The notes: a model not told the origin generated them from the letters alone. DNA of 38,675 nucleotides from a virus (IMGVR_UViG_2563366911_000004), one strand, 5' to 3'; counted from the stretch's first letter, positions 28,538 to 37,379 are shown. Numbers and translations: made by a program.

Positions 28538-29866
28538 CTGAGAGATCCCCTCATAATTTCCCCAAAACGTAACCATGTGTGAATAGATTTTGAGTAAGCA
28601 GGGTTGCAGCCACGAGTGAGTCTTCCCTTGTTATTGTGTAGCCAGAATGCCGCAAAACTTCCATGCCTAAGCGAACTGTTGAGAGTACGTTTCGATTTCT
28701 GACTGTGTTAGCCTGGAAGTGCTTGTCCCAACCTTGTTTCTGAGCATGAACGCCCGCAAGCCAACATGTTAGTTGAAGCATCAGGGCGATTAGCAGCATG
28801 ATATCAAAACGCTCTGAGCTGCTCGTTCGGCTATGGCGTAGGCCTAGTCCGTAGGCAGGACTTTTCAAGTCTCGGAAGGTTTCTTCAATCTGCATTCGCT
28901 TCGAATAGATATTAACAAGTTGTTTGGGTGTTCGAATTTCAACAGGTAAGTTAGTTGCTAGAATCCATGGCTCCTTTGCCGACGCTGAGTAGATTTTAGG
29001 TGACGGGTGGTGACAATGAGTCCGTGTCGAGCGCTGATTTTTTCGGCCTTTAGAGCGAGATTTATACAATAGAATTTGGCATGAGATTGGATTGCTTTTA
29101 GTCAGCCTCTTATAGCCTAAAGTCTTTGAGTGACTAGATGACATATCATGTAAGTTGCTGATAGGTTTCCAGTTTTCCGCTCCTAGGTCTGCATATTGTA
29201 CTTTTCCTCTTACTCGACTTAACCAGTACCAACCCAGCTTCTCAACGGATTTATACCATGGCACTTTAAAGCCAGCATCACTGACAATGAGCGGTGTGGT
29301 GTTACTCGGTAGAATGCTCGCAAGGTCGGCTAGAAATTGGTCATGAGCTTTCTTTGAACATTGCTCTGAAAGCGGGAACGCTTTCTCATAAAGAGTAACA
29401 GAACGACCGTGTAGTGCGACTGAAGCTCGCAATACCATAAGTCGTTTTTGCTCACGAATATCAGACCAGTCAACAAGTACAATGGGCATCGTATTGCCCG
29501 AACAGATAAAGCTAGCATGCCAACGGTATACAGCGAGTCGCTCTTTGTGGAGGTGACGATTACCTAACAATCGGTCGATTCGTTTGATGTTATGTTTTGT
29601 TCTCGCTTTGGTTGGCAGGTTACGGCCAAGTTCGGTAAGAGTGAGAGTTTTACAGTCAAGTAATGCGTGGCAAGCCAACGTTAAGCTGTTGAGTCGTTTT
29701 AAGTGTAATTCGGGGCAGAATTGGTAAAGAGAGTCGTGTAAAATATCGAGTTCGCACATCTTGTTGTCTGATTATTGATTTTTCGCGAAACCATTTGATC
29801 ATATGACAAGATGTGTATCCACCTTAACTTAATGATTTTTACCAAAATCATTAGGGGATTCATCAG
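28538..29866 (-). mobile_element. IS10 (IS4 family), complete 1329-bp element
   Basis: Termini CTGAGAGATCCCCTCATAATTTCCCC (inside end, 28538) and CTGATGAATCCCCTAATGATTTTGGTAAAAATCATTAAG (outside end, reverse complement ending 29866); length exactly 1329 bp; encodes the IS10 transposase. Confidence 0.95.
28551..29759 (-). CDS. IS10 transposase (402 aa)
   Basis: MCELDILHDSLYQFCPELHLKRLNSLTLACHALLDCKTLTLTELGRNLPTKARTKHNIKRIDRLLGNRHLHKERLAVYRWHASF... recognised as Tn10/IS10 transposase; start is 107 nt inside the outside end. Confidence 0.95.
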   Translation of the reverse strand: MCELDILHDSLYQFCPELHLKRLNSLTLACHALLDCKTLTLTELGRNLPTKARTKHNIKRIDRLLGNRHLHKERLAVYRWHASFICSGNTMPIVLVDWSDIREQKRLMVLRASVALHGRSVTLYEKAFPLSEQCSKKAHDQFLADLASILPSNTTPLIVSDAGFKVPWYKSVEKLGWYWLSRVRGKVQYADLGAENWKPISNLHDMSSSHSKTLGYKRLTKSNPISCQILLYKSRSKGRKNQRSTRTHCHHPSPKIYSASAKEPWILATNLPVEIRTPKQLVNIYSKRMQIEETFRDLKSPAYGLGLRHSRTSSSERFDIMLLIALMLQLTCWLAGVHAQKQGWDKHFQANTVRNRNVLSTVRLGMEVLRHSGYTITREDSLVAATLLTQNLFTHGYVLGKL

Positions 29867-29875
29867 GACTGCGCA
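29867..29875. repeat. IS10 target-site duplication, right copy (GACTGCGCA)
   Basis: Identical to 28529-28537. Confidence 0.85.
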
Positions 29876-30074
29876 GTCTTCAGGTGGAAGTACTCATCGG
29901 GAACGGTTTCAGGGGCAAAAACTGGAAGCTCCAATGGCCTTGAGCTGCTCCCTATAAATTAACATATCTCAATGTTATCAATGTCTGCTTTTGGCACAAA
30001 GCGGACAACCACGCTAGCTCTACCCTGTGCCACAAAATGTCAATTTGCATCTGAACTAATGCACTTTAATCTCG

Positions 30075-30497
30075 TCACTTCAATAAATACCGGACATCCC
30101 CCTGATAAAACGACAATATGCGCTGCATAACTTCGCTTTTACGACACTCAGTACAAATCATATTATGACGCCTGTCGTAACGACGTATTTCTCCGTCAGG
30201 TAATGACCAGATAAGGTCCGGATCAACCGCAGATGGTTCCTTCAGCTTTACCCTTGAGAGCTTTTTACGGGCATTTTGCCAGTCCTTACGCGCCTGTTCA
30301 GACGGGAATAACCCGTAACCAGAGTTGTATACATCGCCGCTGGCAACCAGCTCTCTTGCGAGAACGCTCATCAGATATCTTGTCGCACCTGTCTTGACTT
30401 CCAGTTGCCGTAACGTCTCACGCCCACTCCGGCGTACGAGTTCAACAACCTGCCCTTTAATTTTTTCCCGCTCTTCTTGTGTAAAAACTTTTGCCAC
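30075..30497 (-). CDS. Hypothetical protein of the replication module (lambda P/ren position), possible HTH
   Basis: 140 aa ORF immediately downstream of the O-like gene; no recognisable helicase-loader motifs. Confidence 0.5.
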   Translation of the reverse strand: MAKVFTQEEREKIKGQVVELVRRSGRETLRQLEVKTGATRYLMSVLARELVASGDVYNSGYGLFPSEQARKDWQNARKKLSRVKLKEPSAVDPDLIWSLPDGEIRRYDRRHNMICTECRKSEVMQRILSFYQGDVRYLLK

Positions 30498-30537
30498 AAG
30501 CCCTCCTGAAAATTACCTCATGACCAGAAATTAACAC

Positions 30538-31557
30538 TTACCCCCTGAAGCCCGGCGGAATTTCGGTATCCGGCTCAGAAATATGATTCACACAACGCTG
30601 TACAGACGAACGCCCCAGGCGGATAACCAGTTCATCCCATTTTTCGCGAAGCTTTGACGGACTCATGATATTTTTTACCCAGAATGGATCCCGCTGCACC
30701 CGACCAAACATTTCACAAATTTGTCTGTGAGTTCTGCCATCCAGCATCCGCATTGTGCGCACGTCGTTGGCCCATGCGGTCCAGTTGGGTTCTTTCGGTC
30801 GCGAAATCTCGCCATCATCGCTGGCGGCCTGCTCGTAAAGACTCACGATTCGCCCCCAGATCCACTGCGCACACGCCAAATCTTCCTGGCTGCCCCACTG
30901 GCGTTTTTTCGCACTGAACACAACCGCGTCAGGGTGTCGGGTTAAAAAATCCTGTTCAACCGTCTGCGGGTCCGGTTGCGAAGCTTCCGGACGAGAAGTC
31001 TTTTTATTCTCTGTAGTAATCTCTGTTGTATTCTCTGTAAGATCATCAGGCCATTTTGACCCGATGACATTGAGTCGTTTTGAACCAATGGAGCGTTTCA
31101 TTTTGACCTCTTCCATCGTGTCATTTTGACCTGATGGAGCGGCGCATTTTAAACCGATGGATTCGCTCAATTTGCCACCATCTAAAAGCTCGCTCCCGTA
31201 GTTGATCGTGTAGAAATTGGTCATATCGCGCTTTGATTTATTGAGCTTTTCACAACGCAAAAGCCCCAGCGTTTTCAGACTTGCAAACGCGCGCTTTAAC
31301 GTTGACTCTGACCAGAATGGGAACTGTTCCAGCCATTGTTCCGTTGTGTTATAAATCCAGCGAACACCATCACATTCCATGCCGGAGTTGGTATCTCTCA
31401 ACCAGTAGTGCAGTTGTTGCAAAACAATGGCTTCGTTTAAGCCAATTTTCATTGCCAGCTGCGTGTTTATAACCAGTGGGCGTTCAGCAAAAAGAAGACT
31501 CATAATTCCATCCAGCTTTTTGTTGGTATTGCTGTCGATACGCAAGCTTGAAAGCAA
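30538..31557 (-). CDS. Replication initiator / replisome organiser (lambda O-like architecture: N-terminal ori-binding domain, linker, C-terminal domain)
   Basis: Contains the iteron array within its coding sequence (linker TTENTTEITTENKKTS). ORF-track start is TTG; more likely start ATG 31503 (MSLLFAERPLVINTQLAMKIGLNEAIVLQQLHYWL...). Confidence 0.7.
   Translation of the reverse strand: MLSSLRIDSNTNKKLDGIMSLLFAERPLVINTQLAMKIGLNEAIVLQQLHYWLRDTNSGMECDGVRWIYNTTEQWLEQFPFWSESTLKRAFASLKTLGLLRCEKLNKSKRDMTNFYTINYGSELLDGGKLSESIGLKCAAPSGQNDTMEEVKMKRSIGSKRLNVIGSKWPDDLTENTTEITTENKKTSRPEASQPDPQTVEQDFLTRHPDAVVFSAKKRQWGSQEDLACAQWIWGRIVSLYEQAASDDGEISRPKEPNWTAWANDVRTMRMLDGRTHRQICEMFGRVQRDPFWVKNIMSPSKLREKWDELVIRLGRSSVQRCVNHISEPDTEIPPGFRG
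31052..31165. repeat. Origin of replication iterons: five direct repeats with 23-24 bp phasing, consensus approximately CATTTTGACC-GATGG
   Basis: TTTTGA cores at 31054, 31078, 31101, 31124, 31147 (spacing 24, 23, 23, 23) inside the O-like gene. Confidence 0.7.
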
Positions 31558-32005
31558 TTGCTTTTTCTATAAGTTCGTCAGTTTCACGATCTACAACGGC
31601 AGGATCTGCAAAAAGCAGTCCGGATTCCACCACATCGCCATATTCTTTATTTAACCCGGCGATCATGTACGTAATACTTTTTCCATCACTGATCTCACGA
31701 TACAACCTGAAATCACTAATCCGGATAGCCTCCATAATCGCAGGCACTAGCGCCCTGAACTTTTCACGCTTATCCCTGGTGTCGATAGCCTTCCAGCGTT
31801 CGAATATCTTCACTCGATTAACGCCAAGCGCTCGCTGATCAACCGCGCCACCTTCATCTGTGACACGCTGAACATCGATGTTCGGGCGCTCTTTCAAAGC
31901 CCAGAATGCTTCAGTGATTAATATCGTCGCCTGCTCCTGTGTCATTCCTGGTCGACATATCCAGGCATCCAGAGCCTCACGAGCCTGTTCAGGAGTGATT
32001 TTCAT
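31484..32005 (-). CDS. Hypothetical early protein downstream of dicC (cII position; possibly YdaT-like)
   Basis: 173 aa ORF, ATG 32005 overlaps dicC 3' end in another frame; named by position only. Confidence 0.45.
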   Translation of the reverse strand: MKITPEQAREALDAWICRPGMTQEQATILITEAFWALKERPNIDVQRVTDEGGAVDQRALGVNRVKIFERWKAIDTRDKREKFRALVPAIMEAIRISDFRLYREISDGKSITYMIAGLNKEYGDVVESGLLFADPAVVDRETDELIEKAIAFKLAYRQQYQQKAGWNYESSFC

Positions 32006-32219
32006 TGTTCAACCGCCCCGCCCGCTTCGTCTTACGATATTCATCATAAACTTTGGGATCATACTGAAGCTCCCCGCCAGATGCCTCCTGTAGACGCATC
32101 GCGCGACCTTCGGGAACTAAATCCCCTTTCCAGCTATAAAGCGAAGCCAAACGAATACCTGCTGCTTGTGCAAGTTTTGTTTTTGAACCGAAATACAAAA
32201 GAGCGTCAGTTTTAAGCAT
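31989..32219 (-). CDS. dicC: Cro-like regulator DicC
   Basis: 76 aa, MLKTDALLYFGSKTKLAQAAGIRLASLYSWKGDLVPEGRAMRLQEASGGELQYDPKVYDEYRKTKRAGRLNNENHS; divergent from dicA. Confidence 0.8.
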   Translation of the reverse strand: MLKTDALLYFGSKTKLAQAAGIRLASLYSWKGDLVPEGRAMRLQEASGGELQYDPKVYDEYRKTKRAGRLNNENHS

Positions 32220-32302
32220 TTAAAACACCTTTATTGTTAGTTATGACTAACAAAATAGATGTTAACAAAAACATAGTCAATACGATTTAGCATTAGCTAA
32301 CT

Positions 32303-32710
32303 ATGGAAACAAAAAATTTAACTATCGGCGAACGCATTAGGTATCGTCGGAAAAACCTCAAACACACCCAAAGGTCTCTTGCTAAAGCCCTGAAAATCTC
32401 CCATGTGTCTGTATCACAATGGGAACGGGATGATAGTGAACCTACAGGGAAGAACCTTTTTGCCCTCAGCAAAGTATTGCAATGCTCACCAACATGGATT
32501 CTATTTGGCGATGAAGACAAGCAACCAACACCACCTGTTGAGAAGCCAGTTGCCTTATCCCCCAAAGAACTAGAGCTCCTTGAGCTGTTTAATGCACTGC
32601 CAGAATCAGAACAGGATACCCAGCTCGCCGAAATGCGAGCTCGAGTAAAAAACTTCAATAAACTCTTTGAAGAATTACTAAAAGCCCGTCAGCGGACAAA
32701 TAAAAGATAA
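32303..32710 (+). CDS. dicA: Prophage repressor DicA (XRE-family HTH)
   Basis: 135 aa, METKNLTIGERIRYRRKNLKHTQRSLAKALKISHVSVSQWERDDSEPTGKNLFALSKVLQCSPTWILFGDED.... Confidence 0.85.
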   Translation: METKNLTIGERIRYRRKNLKHTQRSLAKALKISHVSVSQWERDDSEPTGKNLFALSKVLQCSPTWILFGDEDKQPTPPVEKPVALSPKELELLELFNALPESEQDTQLAEMRARVKNFNKLFEELLKARQRTNKR

Positions 32711-32822
32711 CATCATCAATGAGTTATCTTTTACCACATCAATCATGTTTGCCATAACATACAAAATCACTTGACCTATATGTTAGCCATGGCTAATCTT
32801 ATTTGCATCAACACACCGCACG

Positions 32823-33032
32823 GTGTTCTCAGCAAACAGTTCCGCTACCCCAGCGTTAAGGGGAAATGAGGTCAGCATGGATACTATCGATCTTGGCAAC
32901 AACGAATCTCTGGTGTACGGCGTGTTCCCCAACCAGGACGGCACGTTCACCGCGATGACGTATACCAAAAGCAAAACGTTTAAAACCGAAAATGGTGCCC
33001 GTCGCTGGCTGGAAAGAAACTCAGGTGAGTGA
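32823..33032 (+). CDS. ydfA: YdfA-like small protein
   Basis: Probable start ATG 32877 (MDTIDLGNNESLVYGVFPNQDGTFTAMTYTKSKTFKTENGARRWLERNSGE, 51 aa). Confidence 0.7.
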   Translation: MFSANSSATPALRGNEVSMDTIDLGNNESLVYGVFPNQDGTFTAMTYTKSKTFKTENGARRWLERNSGE

Positions 33033-33033
33033 T

Positions 33034-33609
33034 ATGGATTTCGACACAATCATGGAAAAGGCTTACGAAGAATACTTCGAAGGCCTTGCCGAAGGCGAAG
33101 AAGCTCTCAGCTTCAGTGAGTTTAAACAGGCACTCAGAATAAGAATGTGCTCTCACAATGACGCGGAGCACAAATATGAGAAGCAAAATCAGACCGCAGA
33201 AAATTTTGTTCTGGAACCCGGAGAAACGCTTTTCAAAATTCCCGTTACGTGCCCCATTTGCGGTTTTACATCAGAAGAACTTGACGACTCCTGTAACAAT
33301 CAGGAAACAACCAAGTATGTCGAAGATGATACCGAGTGCGCACGAAGAACGATTATATCCACGAGTCCAAACTCCAGGACCAATAAATCTCACTTTGAGA
33401 GGGTGATTAATCCACTCCCCCAAACCAATAAAAAAGATGCCGGAGGACAAAAAACCCAATGGAACAACGGGATATCTGTCAAAAAAAGACGTTCCATTAA
33501 AGACAAACAACGCAGCGCCAACAACTGTAAGCGCTTTATACCAGTAATCAATTTTCATGTTCTTAAGCGGATTTATTGGTGGTTGCGACATTGCTTAATG
33601 AATCCTTAA
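33034..33609 (+). CDS. Hypothetical protein with zinc-ribbon-like CPICG motif and basic C-terminus (ydfB/ydfC position)
   Basis: ATG 33034 with AGGTGA SD, start 1 nt after ydfA stop; MDFDTIMEKAYEEYFEGLAEGEEALSFSEFKQALRIRMCSHNDAEHKYEK...VTCPICGFTSEELDD...KKRRSIKDKQRSANNCKRF.... Confidence 0.55.
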   Translation: MDFDTIMEKAYEEYFEGLAEGEEALSFSEFKQALRIRMCSHNDAEHKYEKQNQTAENFVLEPGETLFKIPVTCPICGFTSEELDDSCNNQETTKYVEDDTECARRTIISTSPNSRTNKSHFERVINPLPQTNKKDAGGQKTQWNNGISVKKRRSIKDKQRSANNCKRFIPVINFHVLKRIYWWLRHCLMNP

Positions 33610-33867
33610 AACTGTGGTGATTTTAAGGATACCACCTCGCCTGACGTGGTTAAAAGCAGGCACACAACACGAAAGCGCACGGCGAAGTTCGTCTCACTGT
33701 ACGGTGTCGTTAAATTTAATTCGACCGTGCGCTTCCGGTTGTGGCAACCCGCGAAATGGCGCGGCGGTAAGTATGGCGGGGTTATTCCTTCCCCGTTGAG
33801 GACACCGAGTTGTCAGGTTGACCATACGCTTAAGTGACAACCCCGCTGCAACGCCCTCTGTTATCAA

Positions 33868-33925
33868 TTTTCTGGTGACGTTTGGCGGTATCAGTTTTAC
33901 TCCGTGACTGCTCTGCCGCCGTTTT
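33868..33925 (+). ncRNA. dicF: DicF small regulatory RNA
   Basis: TTTCTGGTGACGTTTGGCGGTATCAGTTTTACTCCGTGACTGCTCTGCCGCC followed by GTTTTT; matches my recollection of the 53-nt DicF RNA and lies in the expected position upstream of dicB. Confidence 0.6.
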
Positions 33926-34095
33926 TAAAGTGAATTTTGTGATGCGGTGAATGCGGCTAAGCGCACGCGGAACAGTTAAAACCAAAAACAGTGTTATGGG
34001 TGGATTCTCTGTATCCGGCGTTAATTGTTAACTGGTTAACGTCACCTGGAGGCACCAGGCACTGCATCACAAAATTCATTGTTGAGGACGCGATA

Positions 34096-34284
34096 ATGAA
34101 AACGTTATTACCAAACGTTAATACGTCTGAAGGTTGTTTTGAAATTGGTGTCACTATCAGTAACCCTGTATTTACTGAAGATGCCATTAACAAGAGAAAA
34201 CAAGAACGGGAGCTATTAAATAAAATATGCATTGTTTCAATGCTGGCTCGTTTACGTCTGATGCCAAAAGGATGTGCACAATGA
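34096..34284 (+). CDS. dicB: Cell-division inhibitor DicB
   Basis: 62 aa from ATG 34096 (GAGGA SD): MKTLLPNVNTSEGCFEIGVTISNPVFTEDAINKRKQERELLNKICIVSMLARLRLMPKGCAQ. Confidence 0.8.
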   Translation: MKTLLPNVNTSEGCFEIGVTISNPVFTEDAINKRKQERELLNKICIVSMLARLRLMPKGCAQ

Positions 34285-34472
34285 ATTCAGCATTTGCGCT
34301 TGTTCTGACAGTTTTTCTTGTTTCCGGAGAGCCAGTTGATATTGCAGTCAGTGTTCACAGGACAATGCAGGAGTGTATGACTGCAGCAACCGAACAGAAA
34401 ATTCCCGGTAACTGTTACCCGGTCGATAAAGTTATTCACCAGGATAATAACGAAATCCCGGCAGGTCTTTAA
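34281..34472 (+). CDS. ydfD: YdfD-like small protein (N-terminal TM segment)
   Basis: 63 aa from ATG 34281 (ATGA overlap with dicB stop): MNSAFALVLTVFLVSGEPVDIAVSVHRTMQECMTAATEQKIPGNCYPVDKVIHQDNNEIPAGL. Confidence 0.7.
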   Translation: MNSAFALVLTVFLVSGEPVDIAVSVHRTMQECMTAATEQKIPGNCYPVDKVIHQDNNEIPAGL

Positions 34473-34564
34473 AACAGTTCCGTAATAAACATCCGATTTC
34501 ATTCTTATATGCCAGCAATGGCAGGGATTTGTTCACCCTTAAATCTGTAATGAGGTAAAACAAA

Positions 34565-37036
34565 ATGAGTAAAGTCTTTATTTGCGCCGCCATTCCGGAC
34601 GAACAGGCAATAAAGGAAGAAGGTGCCGTCGCTGTAGCCACTGCCATTGAAGCCGGTGATGAACGTCGCGCCCGCGCAAAATTTCACTGGCAATTCCTGG
34701 AACATTATCCGGCTGCTCAGGACTGCGCTTATAAATTTCTTGTTTGCGAGGATAAACCCGGTATACCCCGCCCTGCCCTCGATTCCTGGGATGCTGAATA
34801 TATGCAGGAAAACCGCTGGGATGAGGCGTCTGCTTCCTTTGTCCCGGTCGAGACTGAATCCGATCCGATGAACGTCACTTTTGACAACCTAGCCCCTGAA
34901 GTACAGAACGCTGTCATGGTTAAGTTCGACACATGTGAAAACATCACTGTTGATATGGTGATTAGCGCACAGGAATTGTTGCAGGAAGACATGGCAACAT
35001 TCGACGGCCATATCGTTGAAGCGTTGATGAAAATGCCAGAAGTTAACGCTATGTATCCGGAGCTTAAGCTGCATGCCATCGGGTGGGTTAAGCATAAATG
35101 TAAGCCTGGTGCCAAATGGCCCGAAATTCAGGCAGAGATGCGCATCTGGAAAAAACGTCGCGAAGGTGAACGCAAGGAAGCCGGAAAATACACGTCTGTT
35201 GTTGATCTCGCCCGCGCCAGAGCCAATCAACAGCACACTGAAAATTCAACAGGAAAAATCAACCCGGTCATTGCTGCCATTCATCGCGAATACAAGCAGA
35301 CATGGAAAACACTGGATGACGAACTGGCCTACGCTCTCTGGCCTGGTGATGTGGATGCCGGAAACATTGACGGCAGCATCCATCGCTGGGCAAAAAATGA
35401 AGTTATCGACAACGACCGCGAAGACTGGAAGCGTATCTCGGCATCAATGCGCAAACAGCCTGATGCCCTTCGCTACGACCGCCAGACTATTTTTGGCCTT
35501 GTCCGTGAACGTCCGATCGACATTCACAAAGACCCTGTGGCACTGAACAAATACATTACTGAATACCTGACTACAAAGGGCGTGTTTGAAGATGAAGGAA
35601 CAAATCAGAGCGCAACTGATACTCTCTCGTCGCCAGTACCAGAAACTGATGCAGTGGAAACGGCAATTCCAGACAACGAAAAAACCGAATGCAAAGTGGA
35701 AGTCGAACCATCTGTAGAACGTGAGGGGCCGTTCTACTTCCTCTTCACCGACAAGGATGGCGAAAAATACGGTCGCGCAAATAAACTTTCTGGTCTGGAT
35801 AAGGCGCTGTCTGCTGGGGCTACTGAAATCACGAAAGAAGAATATTTCGCCCGCAAAAACGGTACATACTCAGGTTCACAACAAAATACTGGTGCATCTG
35901 ACACGACCGCACAACCAGGGTCAGTAAAAGTTACCGCTGACGAAGTAAACAAAATTATGCAGGCAGCCAATATCAGCCAGCCTGACGCCGATGAACTGCT
36001 TGCAGTATCACGTGGTGAATTTGTTGAAGGGATTAGCGACCCGAATGATCCGAAATGGATTAAGGGGATCCAGACCCGCGATTCTGTGAACCAGAACCAG
36101 CAAGAAACGGAACAGAACGACCAGAAAGCGGAACAAAACAGCCCAAATACGCAACAAAACGAGCCAGAAACGAAACAACCTGAACCAGTAGTGCAACAGG
36201 AACCGGAAAAGATCTGCACCGCCTGCGGTCAGAGCGGTGGCGGCAACTGCCCTGATTGTGGTGCGGTGATGGGTGACGCAACATACCAGGAAATATTCGA
36301 TGGAGAGAATCAGCCTGAAGTTCAGGAAAATGATCCGGAGGAAATGGAAGGCACTGCGCATCAGCACAAGGAGAACACTGGCGGCAATCAGCATCATGCC
36401 AGCGATAGTGAAACTGGCGAGGCGTCAGATCCCTTAATTAAGGCAAACGGTCATCATAATCTCACATCCACCAGCAGAGCGGGGATTCATCTGATGATCG
36501 ACCTTGAAACCATGGGAAAAAATCCCGATGCCCCGATTATCTCAATAGGTGCAATATTTTTCGATCCGCAAACCGGAGATATGGGACCGGAATTTAGTAA
36601 GACTATCGATCTGGAAACTGCTGGCGGAGTCATTGATCGGGACACCATTAAATGGTGGCTTAAACAATCACGCGAAGCGCAATCTGCCATTATGACCGAT
36701 GAAATCCCGTTAGATGATGCACTGTTACAATTGCGGGAATTTATCGACGAAAACTCCGGTGAATTTTTTGTTCATGTCTGGGGAAATGGAGCCAACTTCG
36801 ACAACACGATTTTGCGCCGTTCATACGAACGGCAGGGGATCCCCTGCCCGTGGCGTTACTACAACGATCGCGATGTACGCACAATCGTTGAGCTGGGGAA
36901 AGCCATAGACTTCGATGCCAGAACGGCTATTCCATTCGAAGGTGAGCGCCATAATGCACTTGATGACGCCCGTTACCAGGCAAAATACGTTTCAGCTATC
37001 TGGCAAAAACTGATCCCGAGTCAGGCTGATTCTTAA
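34565..37036 (+). CDS. Large multidomain early protein (823 aa; YdfE-like by synteny) with central low-complexity Q/E/N-rich linker, a CxxC-x7-CxxC zinc ribbon and a C-terminal DnaQ-like (DEDDh) 3'-5' exonuclease domain
   Basis: C-terminal ~190 aa: ...HLMIDLETMGKNPDAPIISIGAIFFD...FFVHVWGNGANFDNTIL...RHNALDDARYQAKY... (Exo I DxE, Exo II NxxxFD, Exo III H-x4-D pattern). Zinc ribbon CTACGQSGGGNCPDCG. Located between ydfD and xis/int. Confidence 0.75.
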   Translation: MSKVFICAAIPDEQAIKEEGAVAVATAIEAGDERRARAKFHWQFLEHYPAAQDCAYKFLVCEDKPGIPRPALDSWDAEYMQENRWDEASASFVPVETESDPMNVTFDNLAPEVQNAVMVKFDTCENITVDMVISAQELLQEDMATFDGHIVEALMKMPEVNAMYPELKLHAIGWVKHKCKPGAKWPEIQAEMRIWKKRREGERKEAGKYTSVVDLARARANQQHTENSTGKINPVIAAIHREYKQTWKTLDDELAYALWPGDVDAGNIDGSIHRWAKNEVIDNDREDWKRISASMRKQPDALRYDRQTIFGLVRERPIDIHKDPVALNKYITEYLTTKGVFEDEGTNQSATDTLSSPVPETDAVETAIPDNEKTECKVEVEPSVEREGPFYFLFTDKDGEKYGRANKLSGLDKALSAGATEITKEEYFARKNGTYSGSQQNTGASDTTAQPGSVKVTADEVNKIMQAANISQPDADELLAVSRGEFVEGISDPNDPKWIKGIQTRDSVNQNQQETEQNDQKAEQNSPNTQQNEPETKQPEPVVQQEPEKICTACGQSGGGNCPDCGAVMGDATYQEIFDGENQPEVQENDPEEMEGTAHQHKENTGGNQHHASDSETGEASDPLIKANGHHNLTSTSRAGIHLMIDLETMGKNPDAPIISIGAIFFDPQTGDMGPEFSKTIDLETAGGVIDRDTIKWWLKQSREAQSAIMTDEIPLDDALLQLREFIDENSGEFFVHVWGNGANFDNTILRRSYERQGIPCPWRYYNDRDVRTIVELGKAIDFDARTAIPFEGERHNALDDARYQAKYVSAIWQKLIPSQADS

Positions 37037-37108
37037 TGTTCAACTGTCGCCGGTTGTGACTGGTATTCTGCAACCGGCGCTCGTCTGATGTAAGAGATAA
37101 AGAAATCG

Positions 37109-37360
37109 ATGAGCGAAGTAATCATGATTGTCTCTCCCGGCAAATGGGTATCCGAAGAGCAGTTAATTGCGCTGAAAGGAATAAAAAAAGGTACGTTAAA
37201 AAAGGCCCGGGAAAAATCGTTTATGGAAGGAAGGGAATATAAGCATGTCGCTCATGACGGTATGCCATGGGATAACAGTCCATGCTTTTACAACCTGGAA
37301 GAAATTGATCGCTGGATTGAGCGCCAGGCATCAGCAAGACCAAGACGTCATCTTACTTGA
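37109..37360 (+). CDS. Excisionase-like protein
   Basis: 83 aa basic protein immediately upstream of integrase; assignment by position and size. Confidence 0.5.
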   Translation: MSEVIMIVSPGKWVSEEQLIALKGIKKGTLKKAREKSFMEGREYKHVAHDGMPWDNSPCFYNLEEIDRWIERQASARPRRHLT

Positions 37361-37379
37361 CTAAAAGCCACACTAACTA

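Noticed and set aside
33614-33837. Two overlapping + strand ORFs (61 and 63 aa) between the ydfB/C-like gene and DicF
   Set aside because: Arg/Cys-rich translations, no SD; region more likely untranslated operon leader processed to give DicF.
36008-36397. Minus-strand ORFs (129 and 74 aa) inside the 823-aa gene
   Set aside because: Antisense to the low-complexity repeat region of the large gene; repetitive sequence creates long open frames by chance.
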